From: a virus
Taxonomy: Duplodnaviria > Caudoviricetes
Virus record (IMG/VR): IMGVR_UViG_3300023106_000014
Location: 1-49,000 of that record
DNA: 49,000 nucleotides
Strand: one strand, 5' to 3'
The notes beneath the pieces were generated by a model that did not search any database, was not told the DNA's origin, and saw nothing but the letters and a program-made list of their open reading frames with translations. Shown in pieces: positions 19,006-27,532 of the stretch (the stretch's first letter is position 1; each line of letters begins with the position of its first letter). Made by a program: the position numbers and the translations under genes.

Positions 19006-20205
19006 CTACCCACCACCACCACCATCATCGAAAATCTTCACCGTAAAAGAGGTTAAAGACGCGCTCTTAAGATCAACAGCGCAACCCCCTGTTACCTGAT
19101 GTGCACCATACTTAACATCATCCCTCGTTGCCTGTCCTCCGAGCTGTACAACAACCTGGAGGCTGGCCAGCACCTCATTGATGATGTGTTTGTAGCCGGC
19201 GACGGTTTGGCGTGACAACTTGGCCAGACTCGCGATTGCGGACTGAGTGAGTTCCGCTCCTTGTTCCTGTAGCCGCCGGCACGTGGCCCGTATCTTCGAC
19301 TCCGTTGCCGTTTTGCGGACCTCATGGGTGCGCTCGGCCGCCAGCTTCTGGCGCGCGGGGAGTGGTAGGTCCTTGTCCAGCCTCATGACGCCGCGATGGC
19401 ACCTTCCGCAGCCCGTGTAATGGTCCCAAGTCCACCTGACGATCGACTTTACCGTTGCACGTATCGATGACTGTGGTAAGTCGGCTGAAAACCCCATCTT
19501 GATGAAGCTGTTGCGGTTGTGGGCGTACGCTTCTACCGACCGAGCGAAGGTGGCGATGTTGCCTTGTTTGCGCTCGCGGTTGACGATGGCGTATGCATAT
19601 TGCCGCACGAACTCAAACAGCAGCTCGTGGCGCGAGTGCGCGATGTCCTCCATAGGCACGCTCGTGGCGTAGGGCCGTGGCGGCGCCAGTTCGACGTATT
19701 CCGCCAACTCGCCCAATTCGTAAACGCGTGTATGTAATTCGCTGGTCTGCCACCAGCGATGACCTGGTGTCTTTGCTACCGGCCCCGAGTGGAAGCTGGT
19801 GTCCGCATCCAGTCTGCAGGCGAAAGCCTCGTAGATCGCCTTCATGTAGGCGATGGGCGCCGCGCGCGCAGCCTCGGTGGTGCAGACCGGCACGATGGCG
19901 TAGTACAGGTGGCTGTGGCCGTTGTTCCGGTTCTGCACGATCATGTTCGGCATCGGCAGGCCTGCATCCTCCCAAGCCCACGCGCGGCGGTGATCCAGGT
20001 CGAAGATCAGCCAGCTAACAAAGCCGCGACGGTTGATCTGCATGTACGGATATCGCACCGCGTACTCGCGCGGACGTTGCCGCGTCGCGGTCTTGTCGTC
20101 GCTGCAGCGTGGGAAGTAGGGCGCCTCCTGGAGGACGCGGTTGAACGCCGTGCCAGGCTGAAAGTAACGTTCCGAATTGTCGTGTATAGCCGCGATGGGT
20201 AACAT
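19006..20205 (-). CDS. repA: Plasmid replication initiator (Replicase/primase family with PriCT-like and HTH domains)
   Basis: PYMQIN, WLIFDLD, NGHSHLYY, AKTPGH..W motifs; GGGAGG RBS; follows parAB. Confidence 0.9.
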   Translation of the reverse strand: MLPIAAIHDNSERYFQPGTAFNRVLQEAPYFPRCSDDKTATRQRPREYAVRYPYMQINRRGFVSWLIFDLDHRRAWAWEDAGLPMPNMIVQNRNNGHSHLYYAIVPVCTTEAARAAPIAYMKAIYEAFACRLDADTSFHSGPVAKTPGHRWWQTSELHTRVYELGELAEYVELAPPRPYATSVPMEDIAHSRHELLFEFVRQYAYAIVNRERKQGNIATFARSVEAYAHNRNSFIKMGFSADLPQSSIRATVKSIVRWTWDHYTGCGRCHRGVMRLDKDLPLPARQKLAAERTHEVRKTATESKIRATCRRLQEQGAELTQSAIASLAKLSRQTVAGYKHIINEVLASLQVVVQLGGQATRDDVKYGAHQVTGGCAVDLKSASLTSFTVKIFDDGGGGG

Positions 20206-20279
20206 CGTCCTCCCTCTGCAACACCTGAAGAAATTCAGGTTGAGCAAAGCCACCCTTGGCCGTTTTGCGACCAAAGTTA

Positions 20280-20308
20280 TTGACATGCCATACAGAGGGG
20301 AATAAGAT
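20280..20308 (+). promoter_or_regulatory. Near-consensus sigma70 promoter antisense to repA leader
   Basis: TTGACA-17nt-TAAGAT. Confidence 0.75.
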
Positions 20309-20314
20309 GAAGTT

Positions 20315-20409
20315 TCTGACGCCTCACCGGGAATTCCTAGCTTATTCCCCCCTGTATGATTCAAATGATTTAAAAACGCCCCGACGCCAATCGGGGCGTT
20401 TTGCTTTTT
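20315..20409 (+). ncRNA. Putative counter-transcribed copy-control RNA (ctRNA), about 95 nt
   Basis: Promoter at 20280-20308 followed by terminator AAAACGCCCCGA-cgccaa-TCGGGGCGTTTTGCTTTTT (20373-20409), between parB and repA. Confidence 0.6.
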
Positions 20410-20497
20410 GGCGATTATTCGCTCATTTTAAAATCCTAGTTCCAAATATGCGAAAACCCAGCATCTGCTGGGTTCGTGGTTTACTGGTTTACGTGCA

Positions 20498-20543
20498 ATT
20501 ATTCGCGGGGAATAATTTGCAAGTCATTGATTTCATTGGGAAT
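20498..20543. promoter_or_regulatory. Palindrome + IHF site module, copy 2 (candidate parS)
   Basis: ATTATTCGCGGGGAATAAT, IHF consensus AATCAAtgacTTG (minus, 20520-20532), GGAAT at 20539; immediately downstream of parB. Confidence 0.6.
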
Positions 20544-20552
20544 TTTAAATAC

Positions 20553-21545
20553 TTATACATTCCCGGTGCCTTTGTAGCTCTTTGCCAATTCACTCAGGGC
20601 ATTGTTGACTACTTCCTGAGCCTTTTCCGCAGGAATTCCCAAATCTTTAAATTCAATTACCATTGCCTTTTCTCTCAAAATGGTAACATAGCATTCATTG
20701 CCGGTGGGGGAATTAATTACCGCGCGGCGTGCCTGCTGCTGCGCATTTCGTTGGGCCTTTTCCGCACTCGACTCAGCTATCTTAGCCGCTTTGCGCTTGA
20801 TGTCCGCAACTTCACCCGCTAGCCATTTGGACAGCTGCCCCTGATCCATGCCATCATTAAATCGCCGAATGCCCTGTAGGACCAATTCTGAGTGATCTGG
20901 ATATTCCTTCCATAGTTCAGCCACCACGGCCGCAGTCTTGGCTCCGAACAGAGCGGGCTGGGCATCGAGCAGCGCACGCACTGGAGCGGGCAATTGCAGC
21001 ATCGCCAGCCCTTTAGATACAGTCCCTTGCGAGAATCCAAACATTTTGCCCACGGCGGTTTGCGTCTTGGCATATCCCTTATCTAGGCTGTGCTGGAAGG
21101 CGCGCGCGTACTCGTACTCCGTAGGCGGAGCCCCCGTATTATCAAGCATGCACGCAACGTCGGCTTGCGCGTCCGTCAGATCTTTATACACCCCGCGAAG
21201 CTCCACCCAACCCTTGCTGAGTGCTCCGTACTTGCGGGTATGTCCTTTGATCAGTTGGAGCCGGCCCGGAATACTGCTGCGCCGGAATTCGACGGCATCA
21301 ATCTGCCCTTGGTCTTCCAGCTGGTCGCCGACCTCGTCGACGCGCGCAGGATCAATCATCAACCGCGTCTGATAGGGGCTGTCATCCAGCAGATCCAGTC
21401 GGATCATATATTCGCGGCCGTCTATTAGTCCGTCGACGGGCAAGTCTTCCACGCGATCAAAGTTGGACGACGGCTTTGCATCGGCTGGCACATGCACTTT
21501 GCCTGCGGCTACAAGGCCCGAAAATTTCAGTCCGGGCTTGTTCAT
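20553..21545 (-). CDS. parB: ParB partition protein
   Basis: DDSPYQTR, GQIDAV, LIKGHTR (ParB box variant), HTH TQTAVGKMFGFSQGTVS; ATGA overlap with parA. Confidence 0.88.
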   Translation of the reverse strand: MNKPGLKFSGLVAAGKVHVPADAKPSSNFDRVEDLPVDGLIDGREYMIRLDLLDDSPYQTRLMIDPARVDEVGDQLEDQGQIDAVEFRRSSIPGRLQLIKGHTRKYGALSKGWVELRGVYKDLTDAQADVACMLDNTGAPPTEYEYARAFQHSLDKGYAKTQTAVGKMFGFSQGTVSKGLAMLQLPAPVRALLDAQPALFGAKTAAVVAELWKEYPDHSELVLQGIRRFNDGMDQGQLSKWLAGEVADIKRKAAKIAESSAEKAQRNAQQQARRAVINSPTGNECYVTILREKAMVIEFKDLGIPAEKAQEVVNNALSELAKSYKGTGNV

Positions 21546-22621
21546 GCTGCATCCTCAGTCAGAACGTTGCCACCAAAGCGGATGTCGTATCGGCGAACCA
21601 GAGATTTTGTCAGATCGATGATATCGCGTGCGCCGATCGAATTCGGCTCCTTCTCCAACACCGGGCCATTGGTGTGTAGGTTATCGGGGTCGGTTTCGCG
21701 CAGAAAGCCAACGAAATCGCGCACGATAGTGTCGTTGAGTTTGGACGGGTACTTTGCGGCCAAGTGGTTCGCGGCAACGGTATGGGGTTTTTTCGATTGG
21801 TTGTATTTGTTGACCACAATATGCACATCCAGTTCGATATGCGAGCGCTTGAAGGCCTCATTAATCTCGCGCACATTGTTGGCCAGCACGTCCAACGCAG
21901 CAATGGCTTGTCCCTCTGGGCTGACGACGGTCAGCAGCGTCTTGGCTGCCACCATGAACGTCGTTGCGAGAAGCGATGCACCTGGTGCCGAATCGATCAC
22001 AATCACGTCGTACTTGCTGAAGAATTCAATCTCCGCTTCCAGCAGGCGCTGGAAGGCGAATTCACGGTTCATAACGCCGGTAAGCCAGGTATCATCTGCC
22101 ATCGTAATGTCTGCAGGGATCAGATCCAGCATGCCGCCTGCATAGATCGAGCGGACGGCTTCCTCCGGGCGGGCAGTTTCGCCACGATGCATCCTTTGCA
22201 TCAGATGCGCGACATGTACGATATTCTCTTTCTCCCAACTGATGCCGAAGAGGCCGGTCAGTGATGCTTGCGGATCGCCATCGATTAGCAGGACGCGATA
22301 CCCGGACAGCGCGAGGCAGCTGGCGACATTGCCGGTAATAGTGGTCTTCCCCACGCCGCCCTTGGCCATGCGGGCGTCGATTATCGGAGGGAGGCTCAGC
22401 GAGCGGCCTGTGTTGCTCGGGATGCCAAGCAGGTCCATGCGTATCTGCCTGATTTCTTGGGCGGTATACAGCTTGTGGGCGTTGCCCTCGGCTTCCCGGT
22501 AGCGAGTTCGGAAAGTCTTGCTGGTGCCTTGGAAGCCGGTCAGCTCCATGGCCAGCTTTGGCTTGATCCCTTCGAAAGAGCGCATTACTGTCCTCGGTTC
22601 AATATTTAGTGGTGTGATCAT
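21542..22621 (-). CDS. parA: ParA partition ATPase (type Ia, N-terminal extension)
   Basis: KGGVGKTT deviant Walker A, LLIDGDPQASLT, VIVIDSAPG. Confidence 0.93.
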   Translation of the reverse strand: MITPLNIEPRTVMRSFEGIKPKLAMELTGFQGTSKTFRTRYREAEGNAHKLYTAQEIRQIRMDLLGIPSNTGRSLSLPPIIDARMAKGGVGKTTITGNVASCLALSGYRVLLIDGDPQASLTGLFGISWEKENIVHVAHLMQRMHRGETARPEEAVRSIYAGGMLDLIPADITMADDTWLTGVMNREFAFQRLLEAEIEFFSKYDVIVIDSAPGASLLATTFMVAAKTLLTVVSPEGQAIAALDVLANNVREINEAFKRSHIELDVHIVVNKYNQSKKPHTVAANHLAAKYPSKLNDTIVRDFVGFLRETDPDNLHTNGPVLEKEPNSIGARDIIDLTKSLVRRYDIRFGGNVLTEDAA

Positions 22622-22694
22622 ATATTCGCCAAAGGATCTTTTCAAGAGAAAACGTCAATAAAAAGGGAAACTAATATAAAAAAGACTCAGCCGG

Positions 22695-23138
22695 CTAAAA
22701 ATCAGTCGCACATTTTGCCGTTGCGAGGGCGTCGATAGCGCCACGCAGGGTCGGATGCCAAGTGTCATGACCAAGAATTCGGAACGCAGCCTTGCCGCAG
22801 TCAGTGCCCCGGACGAAGCCGCCAGCGTGCTCCAGCATGTTGAGCCGAAGAGTGTCGCCGGTCGCATCAGGGATCGGTGTGCCGGGGCGGTGCTTGCGCG
22901 CGCGTGTCAGGATCAAGGATCCCGGATTCGGACAGTGGGCCGGCAGAATCGCTGGCAGGGGCCAGGGCGCGCCCTGGGCGCACGCGATCAGCTCCTGCGA
23001 ATACTCGACCATCGATAGCCTGTTGAAGTGGAACAGCGGCTCGCCCCGGTCGGAGGAGTGCGCGTTCGCGCGATCGCGCACCATGCTGTCCGTTATCACG
23101 TAGGGGATGTGCATGACGGGGAGGGCGTCGCGTTTCAT
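22695..23138 (-). CDS. Hypothetical protein
   Basis: Start MKRDAL with ATGA overlap. Confidence 0.6.
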   Translation of the reverse strand: MKRDALPVMHIPYVITDSMVRDRANAHSSDRGEPLFHFNRLSMVEYSQELIACAQGAPWPLPAILPAHCPNPGSLILTRARKHRPGTPIPDATGDTLRLNMLEHAGGFVRGTDCGKAAFRILGHDTWHPTLRGAIDALATAKCATDF

Positions 23139-23962
23139 GCCGCCTCGGCGACCGTCTTCGATTTCATGGCGGCGTCCAGCGCCTGCGGCCACGGCGTGCC
23201 AGCGTCGAACCACTTGAAGTCCATCGGATCGCCTGGCAGAGAGTTGCGCAGCTTCATGCGGCCGCCGGCGACTTCCCAGTAGATCATCGGCAGGACGTGT
23301 TCCAGGTACTCGCCGTTCTTCGACTGCACCGCGATGCAGGTCCGCATCTGGTCCAGCACGTGGACGGGATCGAATTCGGAGTCCGGGGGCAGGCCGGCGG
23401 CGGCGGCGATGCGGGTGTACAGCCGCTCGACCATCTGCTCGGCGGTCGTCTTGCCGACCTCCCCGAGCGAGGTGCGGATCGCGTCGACGCATTCGTCCGC
23501 GTGCCCGGTGTCGATGCCGTCGTCCGACAGGATGGCCTCGACCATGATCGAGGCCGCCTTGTCCATGATCGTCTGCTGGGCGGCGACGCGCGCCTGCAGG
23601 GACTCGATCCGGTCGGCGGCCTCGGCGGAAAGGGGGAGGGAGGTCGCGGCGCGCAGCTGCGCGATGAGGTCGTTCATATGGATGTCGCTCACAGGGGTCA
23701 GGTAAGGGGTGATCGCCAGCAGCAGCGCGTCGCGATAGCCGCCGAGCGTCAGGAAGGTGACCGCGTAGGCGTCGCTGGCGATCAGCGCGCGGACAACGCG
23801 GCCGGCCGGGCCGGGGCCGCGCGGGATGGCGCTGAGCAGGGCGGCGCGGTAGGCGGCCAGCGACACGTACGCCGCCGCATGGCCGTCGCTGGCGACCAGC
23901 GCGTGCAGCTCGCGCAGCGCCTGCGGGTCGTCAGGCGCCGGCGCGGTGTGGCCGCCGGCCAC
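23135..23962 (-). CDS. Phage hypothetical protein (alternative start 23677)
   Basis: Long ORF in leftward early operon with GC3 bias. Confidence 0.6.
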   Translation of the reverse strand: MAGGHTAPAPDDPQALRELHALVASDGHAAAYVSLAAYRAALLSAIPRGPGPAGRVVRALIASDAYAVTFLTLGGYRDALLLAITPYLTPVSDIHMNDLIAQLRAATSLPLSAEAADRIESLQARVAAQQTIMDKAASIMVEAILSDDGIDTGHADECVDAIRTSLGEVGKTTAEQMVERLYTRIAAAAGLPPDSEFDPVHVLDQMRTCIAVQSKNGEYLEHVLPMIYWEVAGGRMKLRNSLPGDPMDFKWFDAGTPWPQALDAAMKSKTVAEAA

Positions 23963-23965
23963 GAA

Positions 23966-24307
23966 TCAGCCTTCGGCCGCGGCCACGGCCGCTTCCGGCT
24001 GCGCCGCGCCGTCCGACGCGTCGCCGGCGTCGTGGAGTTCGGTGACGGTGTCCTGCGGCGGATGCTCGATCAGGTGCTGCGCCTGGCCGAATTCGGTCGG
24101 GATCATGCCCGCCTTGTTGGGCTGCATGTAGGTCATGGTGACGCCGGACGCCTCGCTGAGCGGGACCGACACGGCCACCAGGGCGGGGAAACCGTAGTGC
24201 TTGCAGCGGCGCAGCAGCGCCTGCAGCGCCGGATCGATCTGGTTGCGGTAGGCTTGTTGCGCGTCGAATTTCGGCTTGCCTTTGGTGTTGCTCTTGGTCT
24301 TGCTCAT
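23966..24307 (-). CDS. Hypothetical protein
   Basis: 113-aa ORF with AGGA RBS. Confidence 0.7.
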   Translation of the reverse strand: MSKTKSNTKGKPKFDAQQAYRNQIDPALQALLRRCKHYGFPALVAVSVPLSEASGVTMTYMQPNKAGMIPTEFGQAQHLIEHPPQDTVTELHDAGDASDGAAQPEAAVAAAEG

Positions 24308-24322
24308 GCTGATCCTGTCGGG

Positions 24323-24484
24323 TTAGAAATTGGTGAAGGGTGGAAGGGCCGGCGCCGCGCGGTGCCACCAGTTGATGCCCACCACGATGATGACGACCAC
24401 CAGGGACGCGATGGACCATGTGCGCAGCTCGACGGAAGACATCGGCTGTGCGCATGGCGGGGTGTGACTGCTGCTGCAATTCAT
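24323..24484 (-). CDS. Small TM hypothetical protein (53 aa)
   Basis: ORF below track cut-off; AAGGGA RBS; hydrophobic LVVVIIVVG. Confidence 0.45.
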   Translation of the reverse strand: MNCSSSHTPPCAQPMSSVELRTWSIASLVVVIIVVGINWWHRAAPALPPFTNF

Positions 24485-24488
24485 ATGG

Positions 24489-24611
24489 CTATCCCTTGGT
24501 CTGGCGTGATGGGGTGCGTTTGGAAATGAAGTAGCCGACGCTGAGCGCGCCGGCGATGTATGCGCCGGCGAGCCAGGCGGCGAACGTACTGAGGGTGATC
24601 AGAAATGTCAT
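24489..24611 (-). CDS. Small TM hypothetical protein (40 aa)
   Basis: MTFLITLSTFAAWLAGAYIAGALSVGYF hydrophobic helix; first gene of leftward operon. Confidence 0.45.
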   Translation of the reverse strand: MTFLITLSTFAAWLAGAYIAGALSVGYFISKRTPSRQTKG

Positions 24612-24773
24612 GTGGTGGGATTTCCCGGTGACCACGTACCATCCGGTGACGGGGAAGGCGGCCGCGATGCCCCCCGGCGTAACTTCTGGCTGTCGAGCGG
24701 CGCCCGGACCCAGTCGTATCGCGGCCATTTTTCCCGCCGCCGGGTGGCGCGGAGCCGCCCGAAGCGCAAAATT

Positions 24774-24823
24774 TACAATAATTTATTTCAGAGCACAGGA
24801 GTATATATCAATTTTTTATTGCA
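24774..24823 (-). promoter_or_regulatory. OL/PL-like region: two 17-bp operators flanking a TATACT -10
   Basis: TACAAT-N5-ATTTCA (24774-24790), ATCAAT-N5-ATTGCA (24807-24823); AT-rich island. Confidence 0.55.
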
Positions 24824-24919
24824 ATACTGAGTGCTTGATGGGAATGTTGCGTGATGGACTCGGGGAGGTTGTGGCGCACTGTGATGCGGCGAGAAAAGGC
24901 GAGACGGGCGCCCGGAGCT

Positions 24920-25552
24920 TCAGATCAGGCCGCGCCATGCGGCGGCCTCGCCGATGGCCGCGTTGGTCGACACGCCGAGGCGCTCCCTGATGCCGGCCAG
25001 GCGCCGGTCGACGGTCGCGCTGCTGATGCCGAGCTGCGCGCAGATCTGCTTGCGGCGGTTGCCCTGCCTGAGCATGCGCATGACGATGATTTCTTCGGGA
25101 TCCCAGGTGCCGGGATCGGCGGGCCGGGGCGGTGACGGGCGCGGCGCGGTGCGCACCGCCGCCGGCGCGGCGCGGGGGAGCCGGCGCGCCGAGTGCAAGA
25201 GCACCCATGGTTTCCAGTCGTGGCGGCGGCGGATCCGCCGCAGCGCGTGGCTGGCCAGCGCGGCGTCGGGAAGCGAGACGCCGTCGGCGAGCGTGAGGAC
25301 GACATTGCTGGTGATGCCGCGCGGCGGTACAACAAACTGTTTCAGATCTTGGTCGAAATACCAATGCCATTTAACCCACACCTCGGGGTTACCCTCTCCC
25401 GTCCAGACACAAAATCCCGCCAGTTCGGCAGGAATGATCCGTTTAATCTGTGCAAGAAAGTCCTGATCGATTTCTATCAGAAGGCTTTTTTGTTTGATGG
25501 CGTTGAGGGTGGAGCGCGTCAGCCAAGCCGCGCCCGTGATAGGCGGCGCCAC
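24920..25552 (-). CDS. Protein with C-terminal LuxR-type HTH
   Basis: EEIIVMRMLRQG..KQICAQLGISSATVDRRLAGIRERLGV...AAWRGLI. Confidence 0.75.
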   Translation of the reverse strand: MAPPITGAAWLTRSTLNAIKQKSLLIEIDQDFLAQIKRIIPAELAGFCVWTGEGNPEVWVKWHWYFDQDLKQFVVPPRGITSNVVLTLADGVSLPDAALASHALRRIRRRHDWKPWVLLHSARRLPRAAPAAVRTAPRPSPPRPADPGTWDPEEIIVMRMLRQGNRRKQICAQLGISSATVDRRLAGIRERLGVSTNAAIGEAAAWRGLI

Positions 25553-25711
25553 AATTGTTATCAGTCTGTCCGAGGACGTGATGCAAATTCATCACGCGTG
25601 ACATTGTAACAGTGATGCTTCATGATGACTTTTAGTCGTTGCTCAGACACCATTTGTAGTGCAAAGTTGCAACCGTTTTTTCACACACATAAATAGTCAG
25701 GTCACAAAAAA

Positions 25712-25939
25712 ATGAAGTTGGTTTGTACACAGGAGGGTATTGCCGATGAGCTTATCATGGGCATGACGCAGGACGCCGCACAGCTGGCGATGGCGCGACT
25801 ATTCGGGCAGATTTCCCCCGCGTCGCAGGCGTTCCTGCTGGGGGTGGCGATGGAGTTGGCGGAGGAGGACCCCCAGCCAAAAAAGCCGCTGCGCGCGCGA
25901 GGCGGCGCTGCGGGCGCGTTGCAGTTAGTCGTCGGTTGA
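25712..25939 (+). CDS. Small hypothetical protein convergent with cI
   Basis: 75-aa ORF; alternative start 25757. Confidence 0.5.
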   Translation: MKLVCTQEGIADELIMGMTQDAAQLAMARLFGQISPASQAFLLGVAMELAEEDPQPKKPLRARGGAAGALQLVVG

Positions 25940-26350
25940 GGGCGGCTCCGGAGGGCGCTCGTCCTCGGGCAATTTCTCCATCCGCTTAGCGGCGGCCAGC
26001 AGCTGTTTCTTGCCGAGATCGGTTCCCTGTCTGAAGTCGTTCAGCAGCGGAACCTCCCGATCCGATTCCACCCACATCAGGACGAACTTCGGCCCCGGCG
26101 CCGGCGGCGGCGTATCGGCGGCCTCGCCGAAGCGCAGATGGCTCGGCGTCGTGCCGAGCCAGCCGGCCAGTTTTTCCAATTGAGTGCCGCGCGGCATCTG
26201 CATGCCGCCCAACCATTTGCTCACCGCTTGCGGCGTCACGCCCATCGCGCGGGCACAGGCCGAGGCGTTGCCATCGGCCTTGATTTGCAGCAGCGCCTTA
26301 AATCTGGCGGCGAATTCTGCATGCGGGGGTAGTTGATTCTGTTTCGTCAT
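25925..26350 (-). CDS. cI: CI-like XRE repressor (no evident S24 peptidase domain)
   Basis: HTH ASACARAMGVTPQAVSKWLGG..P..LEKLA..LG; divergent from cro-like gene. Confidence 0.85.
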   Translation of the reverse strand: MTKQNQLPPHAEFAARFKALLQIKADGNASACARAMGVTPQAVSKWLGGMQMPRGTQLEKLAGWLGTTPSHLRFGEAADTPPPAPGPKFVLMWVESDREVPLLNDFRQGTDLGKKQLLAAAKRMEKLPEDERPPEPPSTDD

Positions 26351-26360
26351 CGCAATAGCT

Positions 26361-26435
26361 TACAACGTTTCGTTGTAATCAGCACTTCAATAATAAATTG
26401 TAAAATTTGCCCGCATGCTTTAATATTTTGTTTCA
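26361..26435. promoter_or_regulatory. OR-like region with three 17-bp operators
   Basis: TACAAC-N5-GTTGTA (26361-26377), TTCAAT-N5-ATTGTA (26386-26402), TTTAAT-N5-GTTTCA (26419-26435). Confidence 0.65.
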
Positions 26436-26456
26436 AACAATTGGGCTACGGCAAAA

Positions 26457-26681
26457 ATGGGCAACCTTCAGGAGCGCGGTATCGATATCGCCGTTCGACT
26501 GGCTGGCGACAGTCAGAGTGCGCTCGCGCGCCTGATTGGGGTCAAGCCACAGACCGTACAGAAGTGGGTGGCGGCCGGCAAGCCCACCCCCGAAGGGTGC
26601 CGCGCGATCGAGGTTGTTTTTGGGGAGCGTTGCACCCGCGTCATGCTCGATCCGCACCTGTTCGGCACGATCGAAAAGTAG
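26457..26681 (+). CDS. cro: Cro/YdaS-like regulator
   Basis: SQSALARLIGVKPQTVQKWV HTH, L.P.LFG terminus. Confidence 0.85.
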   Translation: MGNLQERGIDIAVRLAGDSQSALARLIGVKPQTVQKWVAAGKPTPEGCRAIEVVFGERCTRVMLDPHLFGTIEK

Positions 26682-26728
26682 CGCGCGCGCAACAGAAGTC
26701 AGTTTTTCATTGTTTTATAGGACCAGTA

Positions 26729-27049
26729 ATGACCGAAGCAGCACGCACGAATGGCGACAGCCTTGATTCAGAGGCAATAGACTTTGCCCGCATATATGTT
26801 TTCGATACAGAAACAGTATCGCCGCAAACACAGGAAATTGCACGGAAAAATCAGTCGGTAATTTTGCGCAATTGCCGCGAAGGGACCGCCGGCGCCACCG
26901 CGCGCGCGGTCGGCATGAGCGATTCCAGCTTCTCGCGCTGGCTCAACACCGGCCCCATGGCCGTGGCCGCCCTCATCCTGGCGCAACTGGGGCTGAAGGT
27001 GGTGCCGGCCGACGCCGTCGTCTTCATCCAGCCCGAAGAATTCAACTAA
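26729..27049 (+). CDS. cII: CII-like transcriptional activator
   Basis: ARKNQSVIL..ARAVGMSDSSFSRW..ILAQLGLKVVP; position after cro. Confidence 0.75.
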   Translation: MTEAARTNGDSLDSEAIDFARIYVFDTETVSPQTQEIARKNQSVILRNCREGTAGATARAVGMSDSSFSRWLNTGPMAVAALILAQLGLKVVPADAVVFIQPEEFN

Positions 27050-27141
27050 TGCGCCGCCCGGTCACCCGCCCAGGCGGCATCGCATCGCCGGCGCCCTCGC
27101 CGGCATCGCCGGGATAGCCGCCCCACGCTAATTCCTGGACG

Positions 27142-27172
27142 AAAAAAAAGCCCGACTGCAATCGAGCTTTTT
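27142..27172. terminator. Intrinsic terminator-like hairpin after cII (longer U-tract on minus strand)
   Basis: A8-GCCCGA-ctgcaa-TCGAGC-T5. Confidence 0.55.
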
Positions 27173-27199
27173 CCTTGCCACTATCTACTGATCAAACAA

Positions 27200-27532
27200 A
27201 TGAACCCCTCAACTGTAGCACAGTCGGCGCCCCCTTGCCGCGACGATATCTTATTGTTAATTTCTGAAAGCCGCAATCCGGTCAGCGCGCGGGAAATCCG
27301 TTTCCGCCTGGCCGGCGGCGACCAGCATCTGCTGCGGGAGATCACCGCCGTGGTCGACCGCCTGATCGAGGAGGGCGTCATCGACTACGAGCAGCGCCGA
27401 TCCGACGTCAAGCTCTACTTCCTGGCGACGAAGCCGCCCCGGCTCTACTTGCGCGAGGTGCGCGCCGACGCTCCGCCGCCGGTGCGGGCGCTGGCGCAAA
27501 ATTCATGGTGCTCGATGCTGGGCGGCGTATGA
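27200..27532 (+). CDS. Hypothetical winged-helix-like protein
   Basis: 110-aa ORF; ATGA overlap with MTase. Confidence 0.65.
   Translation: MNPSTVAQSAPPCRDDILLLISESRNPVSAREIRFRLAGGDQHLLREITAVVDRLIEEGVIDYEQRRSDVKLYFLATKPPRLYLREVRADAPPPVRALAQNSWCSMLGGV

Noticed and set aside
20256-20822. 188-aa + strand ORF and the 53-aa N-terminal extension of RepA
   Set aside because: Crosses a strong terminator or is antisense to parB; RepA has a clear RBS at the 20205 start
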